A stretch of DNA of 64,000 nucleotides from Eledone cirrhosa. Lineage: Eukaryota. Both the position numbers and the translations under genes were made by a program. A model generated the notes under the pieces. It did no database searches. It had not been told where the DNA came from and was given only the letters and a program-made list of their open reading frames with translations. Shown in pieces: positions 1 through 12,602 of the stretch. Each line of letters opens with the position of its first letter. Within the stretch, counting starts at the first letter, position 1. The stretch is from the NCBI GenBank assembly GCA_964016885.1, contig OZ024753.1, positions 45,322,001-45,386,000 on the forward strand, read 5' to 3'.

Positions 1-490
1 GTTGTTTAGCCCAAGGCTAACACTGACTGACCAGAACTATGATTAAAAGCATCCCACCCATGACCATTCCATCTGTGTGGGGTATTTATTTAATATTCCA
101 ATCACTTTGTTTAAGATCGTTTGTTTTATTTGTGGTGTATCTGGCTGCTATCACTAGCAGCTCATGAGACCAGGTAGTGGGACTGTCATTGGCTATAAAT
201 ACTGGCTCTCTCTTTCAGATAGACCAGCATTTTTAGATAGATAGAGTATCGATTTAGAAAGATAGACCCGTATCACAACAGGACAACTCGTCTAACCCAT
301 GCTAGCATGGAAAATGGATGTTAAACAGTGATGATAATCATAATGATAAGACCATCTGTTTAGAAAGATAGACCATCACTTCTGCCAAGTATTTCCATGT
401 TAGCATGGGTTGTATATGACATTCTGAAGTAATACAGCAGGCCACACCAAGACAGTCAGTGAGACCAGGAATAAAGACACCCATACTGAC

Positions 491-596
491 CTCTCCATCA
501 TCTCCAGCGTCCATCATGATATCACAGAATGCTGCACCAACATCAGAATTTTCCGGATCAAGATTAAAAGCCTTTTGATAACATTTTCTGGCCTTT
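491..596 (-). CDS. TTC37: TTC37 coding exon 14 (KARKCYQKAFNLDPENSDVGAAFCD...)
   Basis: cag/gtcagt sites; conserved SKI3 segment. Confidence 0.9.
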
Positions 597-3500
597 CTGT
601 AATAAACAAATGAAATTAATACTATAATATAATATACAAATAGAAGATACAAAATATATATATATTTCTGTGTGTGTGCATGTGTCTATATATATGTATG
701 TGTGTGTGTTTGTGTATATACAGGGTGTCCATAAAGTCTGCATGCAATTTAAAATACTTGTAGTGTTGTAACTATACACAGACTTTATGGACCCTATATA
801 TATATATATAAAGTTATGTAATAAACAACATAAGACAATTATTCTATTTACCAGGTTTCACGAAGACAGATGAGCTCGACACAGGCGTCTGAAATCGTTC
901 ATCAGAATGAAATTTTATTTGATGTGGATGTAGCCTACATAAAGCACTCTCCTTTCCTTTACCTTTCCTACGGAAACACTTATATATATTTATATATAGT
1001 ACTGTGAAGACCTGTTCAACCCTTCCTAGCAGGGAAAGCAGACATTAAACGATGATCAAGTGTTTAAGTGTGTTGGGGTGAGTATGTGCATATATAAATC
1101 TATAGGTACTGCCCTCCCTTCTCAAATTTACAAATACAGAAAAGAAGTAAGCATACTACAGCATCACACACACATCAAGTTCATAGATGAAAGCCTCCTA
1201 CTCACTCTTTGTCTTGCTGTATATGAAGATAGAAGTGTCCGAGATATAAAAATATCTCACAGTTGTAAGGATCCAGCTTGGCAGCCTAAAACAACAAAAT
1301 AGAAAGACTTATATAAAATAGTTTCTATACATAAACAGTGAAAATAAACTCCAGGAGTGAAAACTGAGGTTTCTGGTGAACAACTGGCATAACCAAAAGA
1401 CATTCCTGGCATCTTGGCCCCTACAGGGTATCAAGAATTCTGCGAGGGGTTGTCAGGTCCCTGAGCCTTATTGCTCTTGAGTTGACCTCACACACCCTAC
1501 TCCTGTTGGTTACAACACCTGGGGGATGTAACACGGTGAGTGCCCAGATCTCCCACCCACCTGAGAGTGTGGACCTCACACACCCTAATCCCATTACGGT
1601 GAGTTCGTTACAACACCTGGGAGATGTCATATAATTGTTGTTTTATACAAATGAAGAAGACTATAAAGGCCACTTATAAAAATAGATGGCATTATATAAG
1701 GCAGGTAATGACTAGCAGAAGAGTCTGGTAAAATTACCTGAAGGAAATATTTGAAACTCTTCTCAGAATAGTTACTGCTCTCTTGATTATCTGTGTGAGT
1801 GGTAGTTATTTGCCAACAGGTACGACCAGCCATGAGAAGAAACTTGCTGTTTTCAGGAGAGTCTGACACAGCAACTAAAAGTCTGTGGGAAGAGAGAAAC
1901 AAGTTACTGAATATTGGCTTTATAATTAGATTTACAAACAACATAATTAAGTTGGTGTTTGGAACATAACTTAACAAATGTCCTTACAGTTATGATGACA
2001 GATTTTCAGTTAAATATAAACACTTTAAAATAAACAGGTTTGATATCAAAAGGGTTAATTACAAATATTTTTAATTAATTAAGATACTCACTTCTGAAAG
2101 GCCTCTTCATATTTATTCTGATGAAAGAGCAGCCAACCTTTGAGGGCAACAACTTCACAAGTTTCTCTTTCACTTAGTTTCTCTACACATTCCTTCAAAG
2201 ACACAACAAAAGTTTAGTCCAGGTCTGGTTCTGGTTTTAGGGTTATTTATTTACATTTATTTTAGTAAAGTTCAGGTGACAAATTAACAGTTATTACAGT
2301 GTCAGGTAATAATTAATACACAGGTGACTAATTAGCAATTATTAGTGTCAGGTAATAATACACAGGTGACTAATTAACAGAGTCATCGGAGCATTAGATT
2401 AAATATGCCTTGGTATCTGTTCTGGGTCATTGTGCTCAGAGCCCCAGCTTGGTCGTAGTCTAATAACTGAAACCAGTAAACAGTAGATGATAGTCAATGA
2501 ATAGACAGTGAAGAGGCAACAGTGAACGTGGTGAACAGAGAGTGAACATGTGGTGAACAGAGATTGAACATGTGGTGAACAGATAGTGAACATGTGGTGA
2601 ACAGAGATTGAACATGTGGTGAACAGATAGTGAACAGATAGTGAACAGAGAATGGACATGTGGTGAACAGATAGTGAACAGAGAGTGGACATGTGGTGAA
2701 CAGAGATTGAACATGGGGTGAACAGATAATGAACATGTGGTGAACAGATAGTGAACATGTGGTGAACAGATAGTGAACATGTGGTGAACAACCATGTAGT
2801 AAACAGGTATACTACTCACCTCAGCCTGTTGGTATTTCTCCAACTTGATGTAAAGGTAGGCAAGAGTTACAAGAACCTCTGTGTTGTTACTTTCCGTCTA
2901 TAAAAAGGAAGAACACATATGTATAAAAACAAAACAAAAAAAACAAAGCATCGTTTAACTCAGAAGCAGCACCGAGAGACAGACATACACATGACAACAG
3001 TAGTGATGGTGGTGGTGGTGGTGGTGGTGGTGGTTGAGATGGTGGTGGTGATGGTGGTGGTGCTGGTTGAGATGGTGGTGGTGATGGTGGTGGTGGTGGT
3101 GGTGGTTGAGATGGTGGTGGTGGTGGTGGTGGTTGAGATGGTGGTGGTGGTGGTGGTTGAGATGGTGGTGGTGGTGGTGGTGGTGGTGGTGGTGGTGGTG
3201 GTTGAGATGGTGGTGGTGGTGGTGGTGGTGGTGGTGGAGATGGTGGTGGTGGTGGTGGTGGTTGAGATGGTGGTGGTGGTGGTGGTGGTTGAGATGGTGG
3301 TGGTGGTGGTGGTGGTGGTGGTTGAGATGGTGGTGGTGATGGTGGTGGTGGTGGTGGTGGTGGTGGTTGAGATGGTGGTGGTGATGAAGGTGGTGGTGGT
3401 TGAGATGGTGGTGGTGATGGTGGTGGTGGTGGTGGTGATGGTGGTGGTGGTGGTTGAGATGGTGGTGGTGGTGGTGGTGGTGGTTGAGATGGTGGTGGTG

Positions 3501-6500
3501 GTGGTGGTGGTTGAGATGGTGGTGGTGGTGGTTGAGATGGTGGTGGTGGTGGTGGTGGTTGAGATGGTGGTGGTGGTGGTGGTGGTTGAGATGGTGGTGG
3601 TGATGGTGGTGGTGGTGGTTGAGATGGTGGTGGTGGTGGTGGTGGTGGTGGTGGTGGTGGTTGAGATGGTGGTGGTGGTGGTGGTGGTTGAGATGGTGGT
3701 GGTGATGGTGGTGGTGGTGGTTGAGATGGTGGTGGTGGTGGTGGTGGTGGTGGTGGTGGTGGTTGAGATGGTGGTGGTGGTGGTGGTTGAGATGGTGGTG
3801 GTGGTGGTGGTGGTGGTGGTTGAGATGGTGGTGGTGGTGGTGGTGGTGGTGGTGGTGATGGTGGTGGTGGTGGTTGAGATGGTGGTGGTGGTGGTGGTGG
3901 TTGAGATGGTGGTGGTTGAGATGGTGGTGGTGGTGGTGGTGGTGGTGGTTGAGATGGTGGTGGTGGTGGTGGTGGTTGAGATGGTGGTGGTGGTGGTGGT
4001 GGTTGAGATGGTGGTGGTGATGGTGGTGGTGGTGGTTGAGATGGTGGTGGTGGTGGTGGTGGTGGTGGTGGTGGTGGTTGAGATGGTGGTGGTGATGAAG
4101 GTGGTGGTGGTTGAGATGGTGGTGGTGGTGGTGGTGGTGGTGGTTGAGATGGTGGTGGTGATGATGATGAAGGTGGTGGTGGTTGAGATGGTGGTGGCAA
4201 TGATGGTGGTGATGGTGATGATGATGATGGTGGTGATGATGATGATGGTGGTGATGGTGGTGGCAATGATGATGAAGGTAGTGATGATGATGATGGTGGT
4301 GATGATAATGGTGTTGTTGGTGATAATTGTGATGATGGTGGTGGTGGTGGTGGTAGCTGAGATGATGATGGTGGTAGTAGTAGTTGAGCTAACAAGTCAT
4401 TACCCCCCCCTCCCCCTCCCATCACTCCTTACCTCCATGAGAAGTTTCACCATGTTGCTAATCACTCCAAGAGATGTGTGTCCCAGAGACAGTTTGGCCT
4501 GTAACAGGTACAACCCAGTGGTCAAGTGGTCAACAGACACAGTTAACCGTCCTGTCTTCTTCTGAGCTGCTTTGATACCTGAAGAAGAAAACAACAACTA
4601 ATTAACCCTTTAGCATTCAAACCGGCCAAATCCGGCCAGAATTCCCTCATCTCTTTCTCTTCAAACTGGCTATAACCAACCATTCATACTTATGTTAAGG
4701 TATTGTTCTCACAATTAATAATATCAAAATTTCATAGATTTGATATTATGTGAGATAATTATGTGAAATAAAGTATTTACTGTGAAAATATAATAGTAGA
4801 TATAGAGTAATGTAAATGCTAAAGGGTTTAACCCTTTTGTTACTATATTGGTAATTATTATCTAACAAATATATCAGATTAATTAGAAGTACATAGATGT
4901 AATCAGTTAATTATTGCTGGGAACCTTATAATTATGATGAAATATTTCAAAACTTACCAATATTAGAGGCTTTTTCAATAAGGTTTTTATCGTGAAGATA
5001 ATACAAGGACAGAGATAAGTAGTAATGAGCACAGAATAACAACGGATCTCGTTCCAGACCTACAGAAGATAAATATATGGATAGAGAGATATTTTAATGG
5101 TTAATATTTAAATATTGTAATAAATACTGGACTGGACTGGTAGTCTTCTCATTGACATTGAAAAGATGAAAGCAAAGTTGACCTCTGTGGTATTTGAACT
5201 CAGAACATAAAGAGTTAGAATAAAATACCACAATGCATTTTGTCCAACACTCTACCAATTCTGCCAATACATCATCCTAACAGACAGATACATACACTGA
5301 TAGAGAGATAGATAGACAGACAGATATATAGACTGATAGATAGATAGATACAGAGATAGATGGACAGATAGGCAGAGTGATAGACAGAGTTGTAGAGAGA
5401 TTGGTAAGCAGATAGACAGACAGAGAGACAGACAAATAGGCAGATATAAATGACAAAAGATTAATATGAATACAAACCTTCTCTGAAATGCTGTATTGCA
5501 GAGTTGTAGTCCTTACTGAGAATACTATAAACACCACGACATATGCTCAGCACTGGTGAAGACTCATTAACAGTGCTCAGTTTTCCCATGAGTTCTTTAA
5601 AAGAATCGTCAAGGTTTGGAACCAAACAACCTGCCAAAGAAATGTTTCCTTTTACATTAAATAATTTAAATTTTTTTAGAAATTAATATTTTAACAACTC
5701 AAAAAAATGTTTAAAACAACAATAAGATAAAAGATAGATATAAATAATTTCTCACTAAGCTAACACTTTACAGGGTGTACTGGGTGCACAAAAGAGGTTG
5801 TCACATGCTAGGATAGACCGGAAAATTCAATCCAATACTGTCTCTAATTGCCAAACTGTCTTGTCTTCAATCTGTTATCACATTTATTTTATATAAGATG
5901 GGCTTCCTCTCAGTTTCTGCCTACCAAATTCACTCCTCACAAAGCATTAGTTGAACAAGTGTTATAATAGAAAAACACTTGGCCAAGGTGGCACGCAGTG
6001 AGATTGAACTCAGACCAAGTGACTGCAATGTGAACTTCTTAACCTCACAGCTGCCATACATACACCTAGAAATCTAAATCTAAAGTCTGCTTTGAGTCCG
6101 GAGACTCTTCAGGCTGATGCTTATCTTAATTTCTATGGCATTAAGTGAGTGAGAGTACAAGACTTCCCTTGGACAAGACACCAATCTACCACAGGGTTAA
6201 ATCCCCAGCTATTTCTGGTGCTCATTTCCTTTTCAACTAAGTATACTGGAGCAACATGAAATGAAGTATTTTACTCAAGAACACAACATACATCCCAGCC
6301 CATGAATCAAAGCTATGACATTATGATCCTAAGTCCAACAACCTTACCACTAGGCCACACACCTTCACACATAAATAGGGAAATTATAAAACAAAGCAAA
6401 CAAAACAAAAAACATGGACTGACCAATATTTGAATCCAGTTTTATCAACAAACAATACTCTAGAACTATGGCGTTGTTTGGATCAGAATCTTTGAGTTGA

Positions 6501-8921
6501 GAGATTTCTGAGATGAGCAACTCAAGGTCTCCATTCTACAACACAAGGAAATATATAAACAATAACAGTTATTTAAAATATATATTCTGTCAACTCTCCA
6601 CCTTTTTACCTGTCATACTTTTATATTTACCTTTATTAGACTGAATATATAATTAGTAGCCAGCCAGCTTTTGTCATTAGCAGGTAAGGTCTTGTTATCC
6701 AGAGCTTTCCGATAGTTAGACACAACCTGTAACCAAAAGAAAGAATTTTTCTTGAAGAATTTAAAAACAAACCAACAACACTCAGACCAATTTCTATAAT
6801 AATCCTTTCAATCAACAAGATCCCAGATCTCATTCACATAGCAAGTGGAGTGGAACTTGTCAAATCAGACCAAGGAAACAATGTTTCTATTGGTGATACT
6901 ATCTACCAGTCAAAACTCCTAGCAGAAGGAGCAACATGAAATAAAATGTCTTGCTCAAGGACACAACACATCACCCGGTCCAGGAGGGCTTTAACTATAT
7001 AAGGATACCAGTCGAAATAAATCAGTTTATAATAAGGAAATAATTCTTTGATAAATAATAACTGAAAATACTCACAATATTTCCATATTGTTTCGATATA
7101 TCTTTATGTTTATTAAGAAGTTGTGACATATCTTTGAGGAGTTTGACACTGTCAGTTGAAGACTCACCAGATAAAGACAAGAGTTTCTGGTAAATAGGAA
7201 TGGCCTACAAGAAGAAGAAGTGGAAATATGGTAGAAATAATAAATGACAGTTTGGTGTAAATAATGAAGAAAAATCATCTCTTGTTTTGGTCTGGTTTTT
7301 AATAAATTACATTGACAATGGTGGTGGTGGTGTTGATAGTTGTGGCAGTGATAACGGTGGTGATAGTGGTTGTAATGATGAGGCTGTAGTGATAGTGGTG
7401 GTAGTGGTGATGGTGAGGTTGTGGTGATAATGGTGATAGTGCTGACGGTGAGGTTATAGTGGTGATGATGGTGATAATGGTGGTAGTGGTGGTAATAGTG
7501 ATGGTGAGGTTATGGTTGTGATTATGGCGGTGAAGTTGTGGTGATAATGGTGAGGTTATGGTGGTGATGATGGCGGTGAAGTTGCGGTGATAATGGTGGT
7601 AGTGGTGGTAATAGTGATGAAGACTAAAAGACAAGAATAACTTTCAATAAAATCTCTCAACTCACCTTCTCAACAAAACCAAACTCTGAACAGAGAGAAA
7701 CATATTTCTTCAGGACCTCCAACTGTTTGTCTTGGTCACTACAAAAACAACAACAACAATACATTAAATACAAGTTTGCCTTGGTCACTACAACTTAGGT
7801 ACCAAACAACACACTGTTGTGGGAAGTTACTGTATTTTCCAGTGTCGAAGACGCTACTTTATTCCTAAAATAAGTCTCAAAAATCTACCATGCGTCCTGG
7901 AGGCCGAAGGTTGATTATTATTTTTTTTCAAATTTTTGGTTGTCAAAATTAGGGTGAGTCCTCGAGCATGAAGCATCTTTGGCACCGGGAAATACGATAG
8001 GTACCAAACAACACAGTGTGGGTATGGTGTGGGAAGTTATATACATACCTTTCATATAAGAGCTGAAGTTTTTCATAAATAGGAATCAATTCATCTTTGT
8101 TCTTAGCTGAAGAATTCTTCTCATAGAAACTACACAGACCCTGCCAAGCTAAGATTTGATCTGGGTTAATTTCAATGGCTTCTTTGTAGAATTTTATAGC
8201 TTCATCTGCCTGTTGGGTTTCCACATTAGCCACGGCTCTGAAAACCAAAGCATTGTAGTTCTTGGCATCAAAATCAAGGATGACCTAGAATCAAAAAGAA
8301 AATAAATAATAATTTTAAAACAATGTTGTCTCTGATCGAGATGATATTATAATAACAATGAAGCCTAATTATCCGTCTGTCACACAAACAAATGTTAAGG
8401 TTGAGGTTGAGCTTGGACAAGTTGAGGGAGAAGCTGGGTTTAAGAGGAATCTGAGGTAGTGTGCAGGAGAGAAGACTGCGTTGGTTTGGACATGTGGTAC
8501 ACATGGACAATGACTGTTGGATAAAGAAGTGCCAAGAAATCCCAGTGGACGGAAGCTGCGGTAAAGGCAGAAAAAGAAAGACCTGGGTAGAGGTAGTGAA
8601 AGCTGACTTCAAACCACTGAGACTCACAGAGGTGATGACAAAGGATCACAACATGTGGAGAGATGCCATGTTGAGAACGACCAGTCCAACCCATGCAAGT
8701 GTGGAAAAGTGGACATAAAAACAATGACGCTATAGACACAGATAGAGTGGTTGTTAACCAACAATAGTAGAGTATATAAATAAACCATATATAGAGACCA
8801 AGGCCTCACAACTTTAACATATCTCACTTACTTTACAAATATTTTCAGCTTCTTCATAATTTTTATTCTTCAGAGCTTCACGCGCTGCCTTTAGTTTACT
8901 TTTGATCTGTTTACCGTCCAT
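491..8921 (-). CDS. TTC37: SKI complex subunit / tetratricopeptide repeat protein 37, N-terminal 549 aa in 14 coding exons; gene continues beyond the left edge
   Basis: Exons (minus): 8832-8921, 8049-8284, 7666-7738, 7076-7204, 6631-6726, 6424-6535, 5478-5630, 4958-5059, 4433-4578, 2820-2897, 2092-2192, 1738-1882, 1206-1285, 491-596. All are GT-AG with continuous frame. MDGKQIKSKLKAAREALKNKNYEEA...NYNALVF...PDQILAWQGL...AAKLDPY..FLYLGHFY...KARKCYQKAFNLD matches SKI3/TTC37 as I recall it. Confidence 0.93.
842..911 (-). ncRNA. Type I hammerhead ribozyme motif, sense in TTC37 intron
   Basis: UUCAUU-CUGAUGA-ACGA...UCGU-GAAAC-CUG-GUA^AAUAGAA. Confidence 0.65.
1206..1285 (-). CDS. TTC37: TTC37 coding exon 13 (AAKLDPYNCEIFLYLGHFYLHIQQDK)
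   Basis: tag/gtgagt sites; highly conserved SKI3 segment. Confidence 0.9.
1738..1882 (-). CDS. TTC37: TTC37 coding exon 12 (LLVAVSDSPENSKFLLMAGRTCW...KSFKYFLQ)
   Basis: cag/gtaatt sites; phase 2 to 0. Confidence 0.87.
2092..2192 (-). CDS. TTC37: TTC37 coding exon 11 (ECVEKL...ALKGWLLFHQNKYEEAFQ)
   Basis: aag/gtgagt sites; TPR motif. Confidence 0.83.
2520..2790. repeat. Minisatellite built of GTGAACAG/CATGTG subunits
   Basis: Direct inspection. Confidence 0.9.
2820..2897 (-). CDS. TTC37: TTC37 coding exon 10 (TESNNTEVLVTLAYLYIKLEKYQQAE)
   Basis: tag/gtgagt sites; TPR helix. Confidence 0.85.
3004..4383. repeat. (GGT)n microsatellite with periodic GTTGAGAT interruptions
   Basis: Direct inspection; similar GGT/CAC tracts at 25545-28130, 33655-34740, 36655-37490, 39370-39995, 42920-44200. 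Confidence 0.95.
4433..4578 (-). CDS. TTC37: TTC37 coding exon 9 (GIKAAQKK...VKLLME)
   Basis: cag/gtaagg sites; phase 1 to 0. Confidence 0.83.
4958..5059 (-). CDS. TTC37: TTC37 coding exon 8 (GLERDPLLFCAHYYLSLSLYYLH...)
   Basis: tag/gtaagt sites; TPR-like. Confidence 0.85.
5478..5630 (-). CDS. TTC37: TTC37 coding exon 7 (GCLVPNLDD...KDYNSAIQHFRE)
   Basis: cag/gtttgt sites; phase 1 to 1. Confidence 0.85.
6424..6535 (-). CDS. TTC37: TTC37 coding exon 6 (NGDLELL...DPNNAIVLEYCLLIKLDSNI)
   Basis: tag/gtcagt sites; phase 0 to 1. Confidence 0.82.
6631..6726 (-). CDS. TTC37: TTC37 coding exon 5 (VVSNYRKALD...FSLIK)
   Basis: cag/gtaaat sites; open frame. Confidence 0.8.
7076..7204 (-). CDS. TTC37: TTC37 coding exon 4 (AIPIYQKLL...QYGNI)
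   Basis: tag/gtgagt sites; open frame. Confidence 0.82.
7666..7738 (-). CDS. TTC37: TTC37 coding exon 3 (SDQDKQLEVLKKYVSLCSEFGFVEK)
   Basis: tag/gtgagt sites; phase 2 to 0 fits neighbours. Confidence 0.85.
8049..8284 (-). CDS. TTC37: TTC37 coding exon 2 (VILDFDAKNYNALVF...LAWQGLCSFYEK...LLYE)
   Basis: tag/gtatgt sites; TPR motif. Confidence 0.92.
8400..8730 (+). mobile_element. RTE-clade LINE 3' fragment (decayed)
   Basis: ERRLRWFGHVVHM...GKGRKRKTW C-terminal motif with an in-frame stop upstream; CCCATGCAAGTGTGGAAAAGTGGAC end. Short related 3' ends with (GAT)n tails near 296, 19137, 28450, 29424, 31872, 32823, 38903, 40666. Confidence 0.85.
8832..8921 (-). CDS. TTC37: TTC37 coding exon 1 (MDGKQIKSKLKAAREALKNKNYEEAENICK)
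   Basis: ATG directly follows a tttcag acceptor; gtaagt donor. Confidence 0.92.
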
Positions 8922-9300
8922 CTGAAATAACATGATAATAATGGTTTCTTTATTGGCCACAAGGGCTAACATGAAGAAAAACATTACAGACGGCACAGAA
9001 TGGTACAGGACATAATAGTAATGGTTTCTTATAAAGGCACAAGGAAAGTAATTTTGGAGGGAGGAGAAAGTCGATGAAATCGACACCAGTGCATTGCTGG
9101 TATTATATTTTATTGACCCTCGTAAAAAAGAAAGCAAAGCTACTTTGAAGGGATTTGAACTCAAAACATAGAGGGCGTCTGACCCTCTACCGATTCTGCC
9201 AATCTACCGCCATAATAATAATAATAATGGTTTCTTTATTATCCACACAGGGCTGACATTAAACAAACAATAGAGACAGCACAGGAACTATGCTCTCTCT

Positions 9301-9355
<55 letters not shown>

Positions 9356-9651
9356 CGCACACACAGACACAAGCAGTCCAACACTTCTATATATGTCTCG
9401 AATATGACGAGATATTTTCGTTTACTTATTCCAAACTCCATTGTCTATGATACAAGAGACTAAGGCAATGGAACAGTCAAGCACCTCATGAACATCACAA
9501 CATCACCTGATATTTCAATAAGACACACCACTATCGATTGGCAAAAATAAAAAGTCTGTCAGTGGCCCGACTCCATCCGTCATCACTAATGAATGCTACG
9601 TAGAAATATTTTATTCACCGACAAATCATAGTATTTTAATAACTTCGATTG

Positions 9652-9690
<39 letters not shown>

Positions 9691-9784
9691 GCCGTCGAAA
9701 AGGCTTGAGCTCTGCCGTCGGGGTCTTGAACATTTTCCTATATATATATATCACTGGATATCGATCTAAACCCTTTTATATATA

Positions 9785-9873
9785 CAGGGTGTCCCAAAAC
9801 ATGTATACATACTTGAACAGCATTGTAATAAATATTGCCTGTACAAGTAATCAATGTATACATTTTGAGGGGC

Positions 9874-9879
<6 letters not shown>
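9785..9879. mobile_element. Tc1/mariner-like MITE (~75-100 bp)
   Basis: Imperfect TIRs CAGGGTGTCC.../...GGACACCCTG, mostly TA-flanked; related copies at 721-795, 19921-20000, 33334-33434. Confidence 0.7.
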
Positions 9880-9926
<47 letters not shown>

Positions 9927-10082
9927 CATGATATATTACTGGTATTTATTTAGTAACGTCTGGGTAGATTTTACTTCAACAGCAGACGATAAAATTAAAT
10001 TAAATGAAAATTTCTTTGTAAATCTTCACTTTTTGATATTTTTTTTAATAAATAAAACTAAATGTCATATATATATAATATA

Positions 10083-10124
<42 letters not shown>

Positions 10125-10239
10125 CGTATATATATATATATATATATATACGTGTGTGTGTGTGTTAAGATGCAAGTTAATTGCGTCTGTAGGATTTCGG
10201 TAAATATTCTGAGTCTCAGACGTGATCCTACATATTAAA

Positions 10240-10331
10240 ACATATCTGAGGAGCTTCCGATTCCAGAGTCAGGTTCGATCATTAATAGATCGTTCCTCGA
10301 GCTGATTGACAGTGAAACATACGTAATATGT
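10240..10331 (+). ncRNA. Type I hammerhead ribozyme motif with extended stem II
   Basis: ACAUAU-CUGAGGA-GCU...AGU-GAAAC-AUAC-GUA^AUAUGU, then AAUAAA. Confidence 0.72.
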
Positions 10332-11934
10332 AATAAATATGTATATGATGTAACACTGATTCTTGTTCCTTATATATTAATACAATATATATATATAAGT
10401 TTATCCCAAGTTCAATTGGGGGTAACCACAGTAAGTAAGGTACTCAATACATAGCAGAGTATAAATATTTAATATAGAAATGGCTTCTACGGGACTAGAA
10501 GTGGTTCATTCGAATGAAACAGTTCTAGTCCTGTAGAAGCCATTTCTCTCTCTCTATATATATATATTAAGCTGAATTGTTCTACAACAGACTGTTGGCA
10601 ATCATGTACCGCCCACCAATAAATTAACTCAACAAGTCGAGATAATCTGTCGTATGAGTCTCAGAAAAGAAAGAATCTTGCTTAAGGACCCACCCATAAG
10701 ACTTACATATTTTACTTTTACTTTAGATATTCTGGCGTTCTTTCGTTTTAAGTATACTTAATGTGTTTACTAATTAATATAGAAGAATGCTGTCATTTTA
10801 TATACCTATAACGAAACCTTTGTATCGTTCGGAAGAAGAACAACAACAAACAACACCAACTAAAAGAACAGCTGAGTAAACAAAACGAAAAGAGCCGGGT
10901 ATTAATTGGAAGTTATACACGTATATATTAGTAAACAGGTGAGTTAAGATATTAACTAAGAAGGTAAATAAATCGATGGATAGAATTGATTAATGATCGA
11001 TAGATTTGAGATAAATTAATGAAAAAATAATGAATTCTTTAATGGATTATTAAAACTGAAACAAAACGAAAATAAAACCCAAAACATATTCAGAAAAAAT
11101 ACCTCCAAGACAGAAATAAAGAATTAATTAGAGTGGAAGACATTGGAAATAGTTTATATTTCTATATTTTTACCTTTGTGTTGTAAAATACAAAGAGGTG
11201 CAGTTATAATAATGTTGTTGTTGTTGTTGTCATTCTTTCTTGTTTAAAACATGAAAATAAAACGTGGACAAATCCTTTGGAGAAGGAAACTTGCTTAAAC
11301 AGGAAACTAATTATTATAAACCGGAAGTTGTAAAGAGTTGCCTCCCTTTGAAATGGTGTTTTTGTTTTTGTTTTTGTTGCTTTCGTTTTTCTTTTTTCCT
11401 AACTGCAGGTTTTCCTACGGATGTCCCTAATAGACATAAATATATCATCCGCAGTGATATCGATTTTTCTAAATGAAGAAGCCAATTTTTGTTGAGGTTT
11501 TAAACATTCTAAATATAATTTAACTTTTCCAAAATTAATATTTTATTGACACTTGTATAAATAACGTTTCAAATTGTTTATATTTTTTAATGAAAATATA
11601 CACACAAATAACACACACACACATATATATATATGTGTGTGACTGATGGTAGCTAATATGCTTCCATAGGCGGTATGCCGGTTGAGCACTCTATGCCCTT
11701 ACAGAGCAGAGTATGATATAATATAAAACGAAAAATCAGTGATGCATCTGAACTCAATTTATTGTGTGTTACAATTGTTTCGCCGGCAGACAGCTCGAGG
11801 TGCGATCATTGTGGGGATCTGTCTGATTCTGGATCCGCAGGTTCGACGGACACGTCTAATGATTTCGGAGCAAATTCTTCACACAATAAATTGAGTTCAG
11901 ATGCATCACTGATAGAGAGAGAGAGAGAGAGGCT

Positions 11935-12162
11935 AAGTGATGGCGAGGCTAAGGCGTTGAAACCACCAAGCACCCTCACCAGGAGTATCATCTGATACCT
12001 TGGTAAAGGCCGAGTGATGGCGAGGCTAAGGCATTGAAACAACCAAGCTCCTTCACCAGGGGTATCACCTGATACCTCGATAAGGCTGGGTGATGGCGAG
12101 GCTAAGGTGCCGAAACCACCAAACACTCTCACCAGGAGCATCACCTGATATCTTGGTAAAGG
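11935..12162. repeat. Three diverged ~76-bp tandem units (GTGATGGCGAGGCTAAGG...)
   Basis: Direct inspection. Confidence 0.85.
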
Positions 12163-12394
12163 TGAACCGCTAACGATGACAATACCCATTCCCCCAAACA
12201 TCTCAAATGCCACAGGCTGGAAGAAATTGACAGGAATATCTGCTATCACCAGTTTCGGACTGGGGCTTTATTTTTTAAACCCTCAAACTCATGAAAGACA
12301 AGACCTTTGGAGGAGGGTGTAGACATGTTGGAATGGTGGAGGTAATGTTGAGACTACTGTTGTAGTGCACCTGAGCACTGTACACAATAATTTC

Positions 12395-12602
12395 GGATTG
12401 GCAGTATCGGTAGAGTGTCGGACGCCATGCTTTGCAGCAAAGAGTTATGGCCCTTTATGATCTGTGTTCAAATCCCGCCGAGGTTAACTTTGCCTTTCAT
12501 CCTTACGGAGTTGATAAAATAAAGTACCAGTCACGCACTGGGGTCGATTTAATCGACTTCTCCCTCCCCCCAAATTGCTGTCTATATAAGAAACCATTAT
12601 TA
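12395..12602 (+). mobile_element. tRNA-derived SINE (same family as 51318-51687)
   Basis: A/B boxes, central domain, ATT tail. Confidence 0.85.

Noticed and set aside
2118-2124. CTGATGA motif
   Set aside because: Antisense of a TTC37 exon; no stem II/GAAA/NUH arrangement
2887-4565. Long poly-Pro / poly-Val ORFs (also 33655-34680, 36647-37648, 42921-43878)
   Set aside because: Translations of (GGT)n/(CAC)n microsatellites inside introns; no coding complexity
11762-12249. 77-aa and 147-aa ORFs
   Set aside because: They span an inverted repeat, a (GA)n tract and 76-bp tandem units; no recognisable protein
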